Of a DNA stretch of 32,000 nucleotides, positions 25,501 through 31,922 are shown piece by piece. The notes under the pieces are model-generated. The model ran no database searches, had not been told where the DNA came from, and saw only the letters and a program-made list of their open reading frames with translations. This DNA is from Candidatus Saccharimonadota bacterium (GTDB lineage Bacteria; Patescibacteriota; Patescibacteriia; 2-12-FULL-60-25), in assembly GCA_022843095.1 (NCBI GenBank), contig JALHOH010000002.1:60001-92000 (forward strand). Direction: 5' to 3'. Made by a program: the position numbers and the translations under genes. Position 1 is the stretch's first letter. Each line of letters starts with the position of its first letter.

Positions 25501-25634
25501 AGCTGCTGCGATGGATGAACGCGGGCGTGCAGACGCGGAAACTGCACCCGGCGACCATTGATCTGGCCGCGCATTTCGCCCGCGATTGGCGTGTTCTCCG
25601 TGCTCTCCAAGAGCAGGGACTGATCACCCTGTGA
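22509..25634 (+). CDS. SNF2-family (SF2) ATPase/translocase fused to a C-terminal class I SAM-dependent methyltransferase domain
   Basis: Helicase motifs are motif I GDTGSYKTS (23208-23234), motif II DECH (23490-23501), motif III LSATPWEN (from 23592), the C-lobe ILLISSQSCPDSVNL, and motif VI QFLGRFFRYGQ (24393-24425). MTase motifs are motif I ILDAGCGPL (24831-24857), then VYGVDLN and ELVRVTDPHSLVWLTW. A basic linker KPPKPPKTKRR is followed by a C-terminal helical domain. Confidence 0.85.
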   Translation: MAALKNKGHMLALIRKSKIPEEEKRAFLAELVRTGQVTEDDLARSILEDVRTNFEDYKQQFASDEMLTFLWERFKDHPEMLARALVKARPDIFYVYGLAIRLVLKLRAELGKVLVKPKLGNGGGVRDIAPSPKLPQAVSQDIIALDVECRFRESLFFFSRDVEIGREFIREELGRAKGPYERQVWEGVQMLVAQLLDLPYPGVKTELNGKMFPAMHVRWWHYLAADLKRVLNIGDTGSYKTSFAAIAMRRAGCRRTLVLAAPHARENWRRELGLYFEERPSVQIVSGVEDVDDLHPEADFVVIGYSTLVEKGVVEKLIAQKFDGLIEDECHYTRNVVDSPAKRALARMRLVQELPLDRYLALSATPWENRPEEMASLASALRPDLFPTPEVFLGSGAASSPRLMRELFAGQILDIELREVTDMPEITPKPWEDLCPSVTVRPNRQHLAFYRRVLDDEEESLEPHQKVQRLLMAAIHPPLLARKLKKWTDPPRANDWKLSSKLVWLKQFVTERIGTQKIVIASGLYASGITHPSEMEDMETEWVGGILRAWFGKETVVTIDDTVGLGAPEGGLSPRDRAIQRWRTDPSARILLISSQSCPDSVNLSVGKLPGVEGLAITFLSFGWKPWKQFLGRFFRYGQGVPITFVYPVVAGTIDEDLLRLNREKWQAQLLFRAGAPLTDDEWRALQSENGEAIQRLMRDASDHVAILFNQMRGEGERACREILDQAYGAVSAEEALAMHFLAAQDYSMSGHISRFQKTVIEQWIACGLITPTRILDAGCGPLTLERRLFLPVYGVDLNRHMLELGSGLSSHHGVNATVGRLSELPSEWKGKFELTVATMVLDLTSLKEPSHGEPERVRILQELVRVTDPHSLVWLTWSYNCHTPETFQAWVEALEQAGCKIRSELTGLVQATDHEEQPCEFWSLAFSPHGKTPTFVRPELLRFAFEIERMKDRKGGVAKPPKPPKTKRRVAHERFAVTTATGQLTDVDAAKAAALNELLRWMNAGVQTRKLHPATIDLAAHFARDWRVLRALQEQGLITL

Positions 25635-25719
25635 ACCCAATGACGGATCCCGTTCCGCGTGGGATTCGTTTGCCTCCTTAGATCATGCCTTCGAAACGTC
25701 TCAACTTTCTAGAGGTGTC

Positions 25720-26337
25720 ATGGCTAAAAAGGTTCAGGTAAACGATGATGGTTTCTTCCGTCGCGAGCATGACGTGCTCGCCAAAGACCTGCTTGGCCGC
25801 AAGGTCAAACTCGACGCGACGTTCTTCTACATCCTCGAAGCCGAAGGCTACCCGGCGGAGAAGAACGGCGGCCTCTACGAACCGGTCATGAAGATGTCTC
25901 CCGGAGGCATCTTCTGCCCGAAGTACCACAATCACTGCCTCCTCTTGATTGCTTGCCTTTCGAGTGGGTCGATCGGAGGATGTGTCCTTGTGCGCGCCAT
26001 TGAGCGAGCCGACGGGCGTATGATCAAGCGTCCTGGTCTGGTCGCCCAGGACCTCGGCATCGAGGACCACGGTGTCACAGGTACCATGCACGAGCGCGAC
26101 GGAGTGCTGGGGTTGGGTCTGAACGGGGCTAATCCGCCGACGATCGAGCCCGTGACGACCAGCGCGCCCACCGGCGTGAGCCAGGCGGAGATCCAATCTC
26201 GCATGGGTAAGATCATGAAGGTCTATCAGGAACGCCGAAAGGCGGATACGGCGCTGACCTTCGAGGTCTTCCTCAAACAGTGCTTCGCCTGCAAGACTCC
26301 GCGCGCGCTCGGCCTGATGCTGAACGAATCGGTATAA
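25720..26337 (+). CDS. divergent alkyladenine/3-methyladenine DNA glycosylase (AAG/Mpg family)-like protein with C-terminal extension
   Basis: The protein is collinear with human AAG. FFRREHDVLAKDLLGRKV matches FFDQPAVPLARAFLGQVL. ILEAEGY (25831-25851) matches IVETEAY, which carries the catalytic Glu. MSPGGIF...GGCVLVRAIE matches MKPGTLY...GACVLLRALE. An RBS GAGG lies 5 nt upstream of the ATG. Confidence 0.6.
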   Translation: MAKKVQVNDDGFFRREHDVLAKDLLGRKVKLDATFFYILEAEGYPAEKNGGLYEPVMKMSPGGIFCPKYHNHCLLLIACLSSGSIGGCVLVRAIERADGRMIKRPGLVAQDLGIEDHGVTGTMHERDGVLGLGLNGANPPTIEPVTTSAPTGVSQAEIQSRMGKIMKVYQERRKADTALTFEVFLKQCFACKTPRALGLMLNESV

Positions 26338-26375
26338 TCGCGAGCGACTTCCGCTTGCGGTTCGGCAATCTGAAC

Positions 26376-26426
26376 CCGTATCGATGGATTCTCTCTTTAG
26401 AGGGCGTCCATTCGATACGGTTTTTT
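26376..26426 (+). terminator. intrinsic terminator closing the plus-strand operon
   Basis: The 5' arm ccgtatcgatgga (26376-26388) pairs with tccattcgatacgg (26407-26420) with one bulge. It is followed by TTTTTT (26421-26426). Confidence 0.8.
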
Positions 26427-26573
26427 CTATTTAGAAGAGTTAATTTGATAGGGGAAAATCGTGTATGATTTGTCTGATTTCCCTCGTGACCCACGTGCGT
26501 AAAATGCCGTCGTAAAAACCTCCAAGGATCCTTCCTAAACCGAGTTCACCACCCGCCCGTTGAGCCACGCGAG

Positions 26574-26607
26574 ACCGATCGTCGCAAGACGGTCGGTTTT
26601 GCATTTT
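26574..26607 (+). terminator. second, orphan intrinsic terminator about 55 nt upstream of the next gene
   Basis: The stem accgatcgtc-gcaa-gacggtcggt has 10 bp including one G-U pair and is followed by TTTTGCATTTT. No annotated plus-strand gene ends just before it. Confidence 0.6.
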
Positions 26608-26662
26608 GTCTAGGTTACCGCTTCGACGGGTGTATTCATCGAAAACTTGATAAAATGGAGAC

Positions 26663-27226
26663 ATGAGAAAACTGATCATGTGGAACGTGATTTCACTCGA
26701 TGGATGCTTTGAGGGTGAAGTGCCTTGGGATCTCGCCTTTCATGAACTGGTGTGGGGCAAAGAGCTTGAAGATTTTAGCCACGAACAGCTCAGGACGGCG
26801 GATATGCTCGTCTTTGGGGAGAATACGTATAAAGGGATGGCTGCGTATTGGTCGAAGGTAGAAGGGGAATCTCCAGAGGGTAAAACGGCAACGCGTATGA
26901 ACGCAATCCGCAAGATTGTGTGCTCGCCGACCATGGATCGTGCTGACTGGAATAACACGACCCTCTTACGCGATGCCGTTGCCGAGATCCCCACATTGAA
27001 ACAAGAGGGTGATGGAAATATGCTCGTTTTCGGGAGCGGGATTCTTTCGGAGTCACTCATGCGTGCGCACCTCTTTGACGAGTATCGACTCGTTATCGCA
27101 CCGGTTTTTCTGGGGAAGGGGAGGCGTCTTTTTACGAATGAACTGGAGTACCAGCGGTTGAAGCTCCTTGAGTCGTGTCCGCTTTCAAGCGGTGGCGTTA
27201 TTCTGCGATATGCTCCTGTTTCGTAA
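26663..27226 (+). CDS. RibD C-terminal domain / dihydrofolate-reductase-like family protein
   Basis: Signatures are MRKLIMWNVISLDGCF...MLVFGENTYKGM...LVFGSGILSESLM...DEYRLVIAPVFLGKGRRLF. A GGAG lies 4 nt upstream of the ATG. Confidence 0.75.
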   Translation: MRKLIMWNVISLDGCFEGEVPWDLAFHELVWGKELEDFSHEQLRTADMLVFGENTYKGMAAYWSKVEGESPEGKTATRMNAIRKIVCSPTMDRADWNNTTLLRDAVAEIPTLKQEGDGNMLVFGSGILSESLMRAHLFDEYRLVIAPVFLGKGRRLFTNELEYQRLKLLESCPLSSGGVILRYAPVS

Positions 27227-27229
27227 ATT

Positions 27230-27619
27230 ATGAATAGAGATATCGCCGCGTACAATCGCGAGCAGGTGAGTCCATGGAAATTAATCTGTTCGCGACTAGC
27301 GAAAGAGATTGACGCGGGACTTTCCAGTGTAGAGAGCAAGATTTGGCATGGCGCACCCGTTTGGTTTTTGGATGGGAATCCTGTCGTTGGATATGTCGTG
27401 CTGAAATCGTGTGTCCGGCTTTTATTTTGGAGTGGAGGGTCGTTTGAAGAGCCAAGTCTCACACCTGAAGGAAGTTTTAAGGCTGCAGAAGCTCGTTACA
27501 CCAGCACGACGCAGATCAACAGCAGGGAACTAAAGCGTTGGCTTAAAAAGGCCAAAGCGATCCAATGGGATTATAAAAATATTGTCAAACGTAAGGGAAA
27601 GCTGGTGCGGTTGAAATAA
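27230..27619 (+). CDS. DUF1801 (YdhG-like) domain protein
   Basis: The pattern KIWHGAPVWFLDGNPVVGYVVLKSCVRLLFWSG is typical of DUF1801. The gene starts 3 nt after the previous stop. Confidence 0.6.
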   Translation: MNRDIAAYNREQVSPWKLICSRLAKEIDAGLSSVESKIWHGAPVWFLDGNPVVGYVVLKSCVRLLFWSGGSFEEPSLTPEGSFKAAEARYTSTTQINSRELKRWLKKAKAIQWDYKNIVKRKGKLVRLK

Positions 27620-27737
27620 TAGGAAAAGTGGCCTACTGAGGGTCGGTATTTGATTAAGTTATTCCGGTTTTTGTTGCCTCTTTCCCACGCGTTGCGTAGG
27701 ATCCCGCGGTCCTCTGGACGAAGGGAGTATCGGTATC

Positions 27738-28577
27738 ATGAGGCATGTTGGATCGGAAGCGCTGGCGAGGCGTGCGGCAGAGGTGTTGGCCGAGCGACTG
27801 CAGATTACGGACGGCAATCGTCCGAAACTGGGGGTCGTGCTCGGGACCGGATGGGGTGGCGCGCTTCCCTGGGGGGAGGATGCGCGGCGGGTCAGCATGA
27901 AGGAGATCCCTGGATTCGACGCGGATGCACTGCATGATCTGCCCGGTCATGATCGGCAGGTGGTGTGCGGCACGCTGAACGAGAAGCGGGTGATTGCGCT
28001 GCAAGGGCGCGTGCATCTAAACGAGCATCCGTCTGGGGAGGTGATTCCGCGCATGGTGCGGTTACAGGTGGAGATGCTGTTTCAGCTCGGTGTCCAGACG
28101 CTGATTTTGACCGCTGCGGCGGGAAGTCTGCGCCCGGAGATCGAGGTCGGGGACATTGTGGTGATCGATGGGCTGGTTACGCTCTTCGCACCCAAGATGC
28201 CGCTCTTCACGGGCGAGTTCTGCTCTCCCGAAGACACGTTGCACCCGAAGCTCCGCGAGATGGCGGTGGAGGCCATTCGATCCGTTTCGTCGCGCGCGGC
28301 GGAAGGGGGGCACGTGATGGTCTGTGGTCCGTTCTTTGAGGGGAGAAAGTACGATAAACCGCTCTTGAAGCAGAGCGGGGCATCGGTTGTCGGGATGAGC
28401 ATCCTTCCGGAAGCCTGTGTTGCGGCGCTCTATCCCGGGGTTCGCGTGGTGGCGCTCACGTTTATCACGAACTCGGCGACGGAAGAGCATTCGCACGAGA
28501 CGAACCAGGCGCGCGCCAAAGAACGATCCCAGGACATGGGGCGCGTCCTTCTGCAGATGCTCGCGCAGATGGGATGA
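27738..28577 (+). CDS. purine nucleoside phosphorylase / MTAP-family phosphorylase (PNP_UDP_1)
   Basis: Signatures are GVVLGTGWG, LPGH...LQGRVHLNE, LILTAAAGSL...VGDIVVIDG, and VVGMSILPEACVAA...TFITNSA. Confidence 0.8.
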   Translation: MRHVGSEALARRAAEVLAERLQITDGNRPKLGVVLGTGWGGALPWGEDARRVSMKEIPGFDADALHDLPGHDRQVVCGTLNEKRVIALQGRVHLNEHPSGEVIPRMVRLQVEMLFQLGVQTLILTAAAGSLRPEIEVGDIVVIDGLVTLFAPKMPLFTGEFCSPEDTLHPKLREMAVEAIRSVSSRAAEGGHVMVCGPFFEGRKYDKPLLKQSGASVVGMSILPEACVAALYPGVRVVALTFITNSATEEHSHETNQARAKERSQDMGRVLLQMLAQMG

Positions 28578-28583
28578 AGGTCT

Positions 28584-28608
28584 ACACCGAGAACGCTCGG
28601 TGTTTTTT
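28584..28608 (+). terminator. intrinsic terminator after the PNP-family gene
   Basis: The hairpin is acaccgag-aacg-ctcggtgt, followed by TTTTT. Confidence 0.75.
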
Positions 28609-28619
28609 GTACGAATGGG

Positions 28620-29228
28620 TTATTGAAGGAGGATTTTTTCTTGTACGCGACCTTGATCATCAAGGTGATAGGCGAGCGGTTCACAGTGGCCGATTTCGAG
28701 CTGGATGATTTGTTCTGGTGAAAGCCGTTCCATGATCATGCAGACGGCACGGATACTGTTGCCATGGGCGACAACAAGGATGTTTTGGGTGCGTGCGGCA
28801 GGCAGGAGGCGTGTCTCCAGAAAGGGTTGAACGCGGGCAACGGTATCCGCCAAACTCTCTCCGCCGGGTGGGCGGATATCAAAGGATCGTCTCCAGCGCT
28901 GCACCTGCTCTGCGCCATGTTGGCGAGCGACTTCCTCTTTGTTTAGTCCCTGGAGCTCGCCGTAATGACGCTCATTTAGCGCCTCATGACGTTCGATGGG
29001 AAGGTGCGTGTGGTTCGTGGTTTCAAGGATGAGTTCTAGCGTGTGATGTGCGCGGATGAGGTTGGAAGTATACGCCTGATGAAAGGAGAGATGTTGGAGC
29101 TTTCGTCCTGCGCTCCGCGCTTCTTCCTGGCCATGATCCGTGATGCCAATATCGACCCAACCTGTGAAACGGTTTTCCAAATTCCAAAGAGATTGTCCGT
29201 GGCGTACGAGAATCAATGATCCGGGCAT
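28620..29228 (-). CDS. gpmA: 2,3-bisphosphoglycerate-dependent phosphoglycerate mutase (histidine phosphatase family)
   Basis: Signatures are LILVRHGQSLWNLENRFTGWVDIGITDHG, ERHYGELQG, and VVAHGNSIRA. Confidence 0.78.
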   Translation of the reverse strand: MPGSLILVRHGQSLWNLENRFTGWVDIGITDHGQEEARSAGRKLQHLSFHQAYTSNLIRAHHTLELILETTNHTHLPIERHEALNERHYGELQGLNKEEVARQHGAEQVQRWRRSFDIRPPGGESLADTVARVQPFLETRLLPAARTQNILVVAHGNSIRAVCMIMERLSPEQIIQLEIGHCEPLAYHLDDQGRVQEKILLQ

Positions 29229-29300
29229 AGGTCGTCACAGTACCGAATGGAAATCCGTTTTGCCACTGAAGCTGTTTCATGATGTGATGAGGCATATCAT

Positions 29301-29720
29301 ATGAACATGTTCAAAAAGGTGAAGCCGACAAGCGTTGCGGGATATCTCGCGGCCGTTCCCCCGGAGCGGAAGGAGGCGATCGCGTTTATGCACGCGTTCA
29401 TCCAAAAGGCGGCGCCTTCGCTTACGCCACATTTTGCATACAACATGCTGGGGTATGGATCGTTTCCGTACAAAAATTACAAGAAGGAACTGATCCAGTG
29501 GCCGGTTGTCGCGCTCGCGAATCAAAAACAATACATCAGCTTGTACGTCTGCGCGATCAAGGATCGGAAGTATTTGGCAGAAACATTTAAGAAGGAGTTG
29601 GGGAAGGTGAGCGTCGGAAAGAGTTGCATTCGGTTTAAAAAGATCGAAGATCTTCATTTGCCGACCGTGAAGAAGGTGCTTCAGTTGGCAGAGAAGTTCC
29701 CGGGTCTGGTAGAGGGCTAG
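29301..29720 (+). CDS. DUF1801 (YdhG-like) domain protein, second copy
   Basis: The pattern is VAGYLAAVPPERKEAIAFMHAFIQKAAP...GYGSFPY...PVVALANQKQYISLYV. Confidence 0.6.
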   Translation: MNMFKKVKPTSVAGYLAAVPPERKEAIAFMHAFIQKAAPSLTPHFAYNMLGYGSFPYKNYKKELIQWPVVALANQKQYISLYVCAIKDRKYLAETFKKELGKVSVGKSCIRFKKIEDLHLPTVKKVLQLAEKFPGLVEG

Positions 29721-29826
29721 GGATTGACAAAACGCGCTTTTTTTGGAATGCTCGATGCGTTCTTTCTTGTTGTCGATCCGCAATGCAGCGTATCGACGTG
29801 ATGGACTTTTTCGAAAGAGACGCGTC

Positions 29827-30459
29827 ATGAGTCAGCTCGCAAACAAGTACGATGCTCTGGGTGGATTCTACGATTTCTTGACCGCTTATCTGGAGGCTCG
29901 CCCGATTCGCGCATTGCGTGAGGGGATCGTCTCTCGCGCGGATGGACACACGCTCGACGCGGGATGTGGAACGGGCCGCAATTTGCTGTATGTTCCGAAG
30001 GACGCGGACGTCGTCGGAGCGGATCTCTCGCGAAAGGCGCTTGCCGTCGCGGAAACGCGAGCCAAGCGGCTGGGCGTTCCGTTTCTTCCCATGACCGCGG
30101 ACCTCGCGCATCTCCCATCGACGGAAGCACAATTCGACTCGATTGTGTGCACGTTCGTGGGATGCACGCTGGACGATCCGCGCGCGGTCTATCGTGAGTT
30201 TGCTCGTGTGATCCGGCGGTCCTCCGAGGGCGCCGCATCCGGCAAAGGAGGCTTGCTCATGCTCGAGCACGTTCGTGTTGATAACAGCACCGCCTTCCGC
30301 GTGTTCAGCAAGGTGATCGCCCCCTTGTCACGACGGCTGTTGCACTGCGATCCGAATCGCAACACCATGCAGATGGTCGAAGAAGCGGGATTTCGCATCA
30401 CGGACACCCAAGCCTTTCTCGGTGGGATGTTCGTGGGGTTCCGCGCCGTTCCCATCTGA
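29827..30459 (+). CDS. class I SAM-dependent methyltransferase (Methyltransf_11-like)
   Basis: Part of ORF 29743..30459; I prefer the start at MSQLANKY (29827). Signatures are motif I TLDAGCGTGRNL, then VVGADLS and FDSIVCTF. Confidence 0.8.
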   Translation: MSQLANKYDALGGFYDFLTAYLEARPIRALREGIVSRADGHTLDAGCGTGRNLLYVPKDADVVGADLSRKALAVAETRAKRLGVPFLPMTADLAHLPSTEAQFDSIVCTFVGCTLDDPRAVYREFARVIRRSSEGAASGKGGLLMLEHVRVDNSTAFRVFSKVIAPLSRRLLHCDPNRNTMQMVEEAGFRITDTQAFLGGMFVGFRAVPI

Positions 30460-30463
30460 CCCA

Positions 30464-30487
30464 ACACCACAGAAGTGGTGTTTTTTT
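30464..30487 (+). terminator. intrinsic terminator after the methyltransferase gene
   Basis: The hairpin is acaccac-agaa-gtggtgt, followed by TTTTTT. Confidence 0.75.
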
Positions 30488-30529
30488 ATGGCTGACAAAC
30501 AGAGGAGTATTCGTTACAGTGCTGGGAGT

Positions 30530-31438
30530 ATGCAAAAAATAATCCCGCATCTGTGGTTTGATACGCAGGCAAAGGAAGCTGCGACGTTTTATACGACGGT
30601 TTTTCCAGGGGCCAAGATTCTTTCTTCTACCCTCCTGTCCGGCACGCCATCGGGGAATGTAGAGATCGTTAATTTTGAGGTGTACGGCTTGCGGTTCGGC
30701 TCCATCTCGGCGGGGCCGTTTTTTAAGATCAATCCCTCCATTTCGTTCATGATCAACTTTGATCCGTCCAAACAGGCGGATGCGGGAGAGGAGTTGGACC
30801 GCGTGTGGAAGGCGCTTTCGGAAGGGGGAACGGTACGCATGCCTATTGGGGAGTATCCGTTTAGTAAGCGGTATGGGTGGATCGAGGATCGGTTCGGGGT
30901 GAACTGGCAACTTATTTTGACCGATCCTGCGGGCGAGCCACGACCCAAGCTCATGCCCGCGCTTCTCTTTACCCAGTCTCTGGCTGGAAAAGCGGAGGAG
31001 GCGACGAACTACTATCTTTCCGTGTTCAAAGGGGGAAAACGAGGGAATCTCGCGCGGTATCCGGCGGGGATGGAACCGGACAAAGAGGGGACCATCATGT
31101 TCACGGATGTTGAGCTTGCGGGCCAATGGTTTGTGGCCATGGATAGCGCACAGAAACACGATTTTCTCTTCAATGAAGCGGTGTCGCTCATGGTAGAATG
31201 CGAGACGCAGGAGGAGATCGATTATTACTGGGAAAAATTGAGCGCCGTCCCTGAGGCGGAGCAATGCGGATGGCTGAAAGATCAGTTTGGGATTTCTTGG
31301 CAGATTGTGCCGTCGGACATGGATGCCATGATGTCCAAGGGGACGCCAGAACAGCGTGCACGGGTGACGCACGCGTTTCTGCAGATGAAAAAGTTTGACC
31401 TGGCAACGTTACGCCGGGCGTATGAAGGTGCGATGTAA
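30530..31438 (+). CDS. tandem PhnB-like / 3-demethylubiquinone-9 3-methyltransferase-domain (VOC superfamily) protein
   Basis: There are two internal repeats. The first is MQKIIPHLWFDTQAKEAATFY...YGWIEDRFGVNWQL. The second is KLMPALLFTQSLAGKAEEATNYY...CGWLKDQFGISWQIVP. An alternative start at 30488 abuts the upstream terminator, so I prefer 30530. Confidence 0.75.
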   Translation: MQKIIPHLWFDTQAKEAATFYTTVFPGAKILSSTLLSGTPSGNVEIVNFEVYGLRFGSISAGPFFKINPSISFMINFDPSKQADAGEELDRVWKALSEGGTVRMPIGEYPFSKRYGWIEDRFGVNWQLILTDPAGEPRPKLMPALLFTQSLAGKAEEATNYYLSVFKGGKRGNLARYPAGMEPDKEGTIMFTDVELAGQWFVAMDSAQKHDFLFNEAVSLMVECETQEEIDYYWEKLSAVPEAEQCGWLKDQFGISWQIVPSDMDAMMSKGTPEQRARVTHAFLQMKKFDLATLRRAYEGAM

Positions 31439-31443
31439 GACGT

Positions 31444-31908
31444 ATGAATAAAATGAAAATGTTGGTTTCAACGGTGATTCAGGCAACGCCGGAACGGGTC
31501 TGGCAGATCATGCTGGATGATGCGACGTATCGAGTTTGGACGTCGGCGTTTTATCCAGGGTCCTACTTCAAAGGCGAATGGAAGGCGGGAACGATCATCT
31601 ATTTTTTGGGCCCCAATCCAGAGGGTACCGGGGAGGGTGGGATGGTGACTGAAGTCAAGGAAGTGCGACCGTTTGAGTTTGTTTCGCTGATGCATCTGGG
31701 CATCATGAAAGATGGGGTCGAAGATCGAGAGAGTCCGGAGGCAAAGGCATGGGCAGGATCGTATGAAAACTACACCTTCACTCCAAAAAACGGCGGAACC
31801 GAGGTGACGGTGGAAATGGATATTTTGGAAGATTTTAAAGGGGTTTTCACTTCCATGTGGGTAAAAGGGTTGGAACGCGTGAAGGCATTGGCAGAAGCAA
31901 GTGCCTAA
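31444..31908 (+). CDS. SRPBCC-superfamily protein (AHSA1/START-like)
   Basis: The pattern is VSTVIQATPERVWQIMLDDATYRVWTSAF...FTPKNGGTEVTVEMD. Confidence 0.65.
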   Translation: MNKMKMLVSTVIQATPERVWQIMLDDATYRVWTSAFYPGSYFKGEWKAGTIIYFLGPNPEGTGEGGMVTEVKEVRPFEFVSLMHLGIMKDGVEDRESPEAKAWAGSYENYTFTPKNGGTEVTVEMDILEDFKGVFTSMWVKGLERVKALAEASA

Positions 31909-31922
31909 CCCTTGCTTTTTTT
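31895..31922 (+). terminator. intrinsic terminator overlapping the SRPBCC gene stop codon
   Basis: The hairpin is aagcaag-tgcctaacc-cttgctt, followed by a T-run extending to 31922. Confidence 0.6.

Larger units (their letters stand above)
19921..26480. other. candidate accessory module/genomic island abutting the 3' end of tRNA-Asn
   Basis: It starts directly at a tRNA 3' end. It holds four genes with no housekeeping role in two divergent operons. An AT-rich, repeat-bearing edge lies at 20000-20210 and an AT-rich edge at 26427-26480. I found no integrase and no clean direct repeat, so the boundaries are uncertain. Confidence 0.4.

Noticed and set aside
26552-26567. The sequence cccgcccgttgagcca as a possible degenerate attR copy of the tRNA-Asn 3' end (cccagccccggagcca).
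   Set aside because: Only 11 of 16 positions match and only the last 6 are contiguous. This is not distinguishable from chance without comparative data.
26482-26573. A possible ZTP- or THF-type riboswitch upstream of the folate-related RibD_C gene (ucgugac resembles part of the pfl motif).
   Set aside because: I could not find the conserved pseudoknot and 3' CCGCCUGGG-type element or other class-defining nucleotides. It is retained only as an unclassified leader or sRNA candidate.
26440-26679. A 79-aa minus-strand ORF in the island/RibD_C spacer.
   Set aside because: It overlaps the start of the RibD_C gene and both hairpin terminators, and it has no RBS and no recognisable motif.
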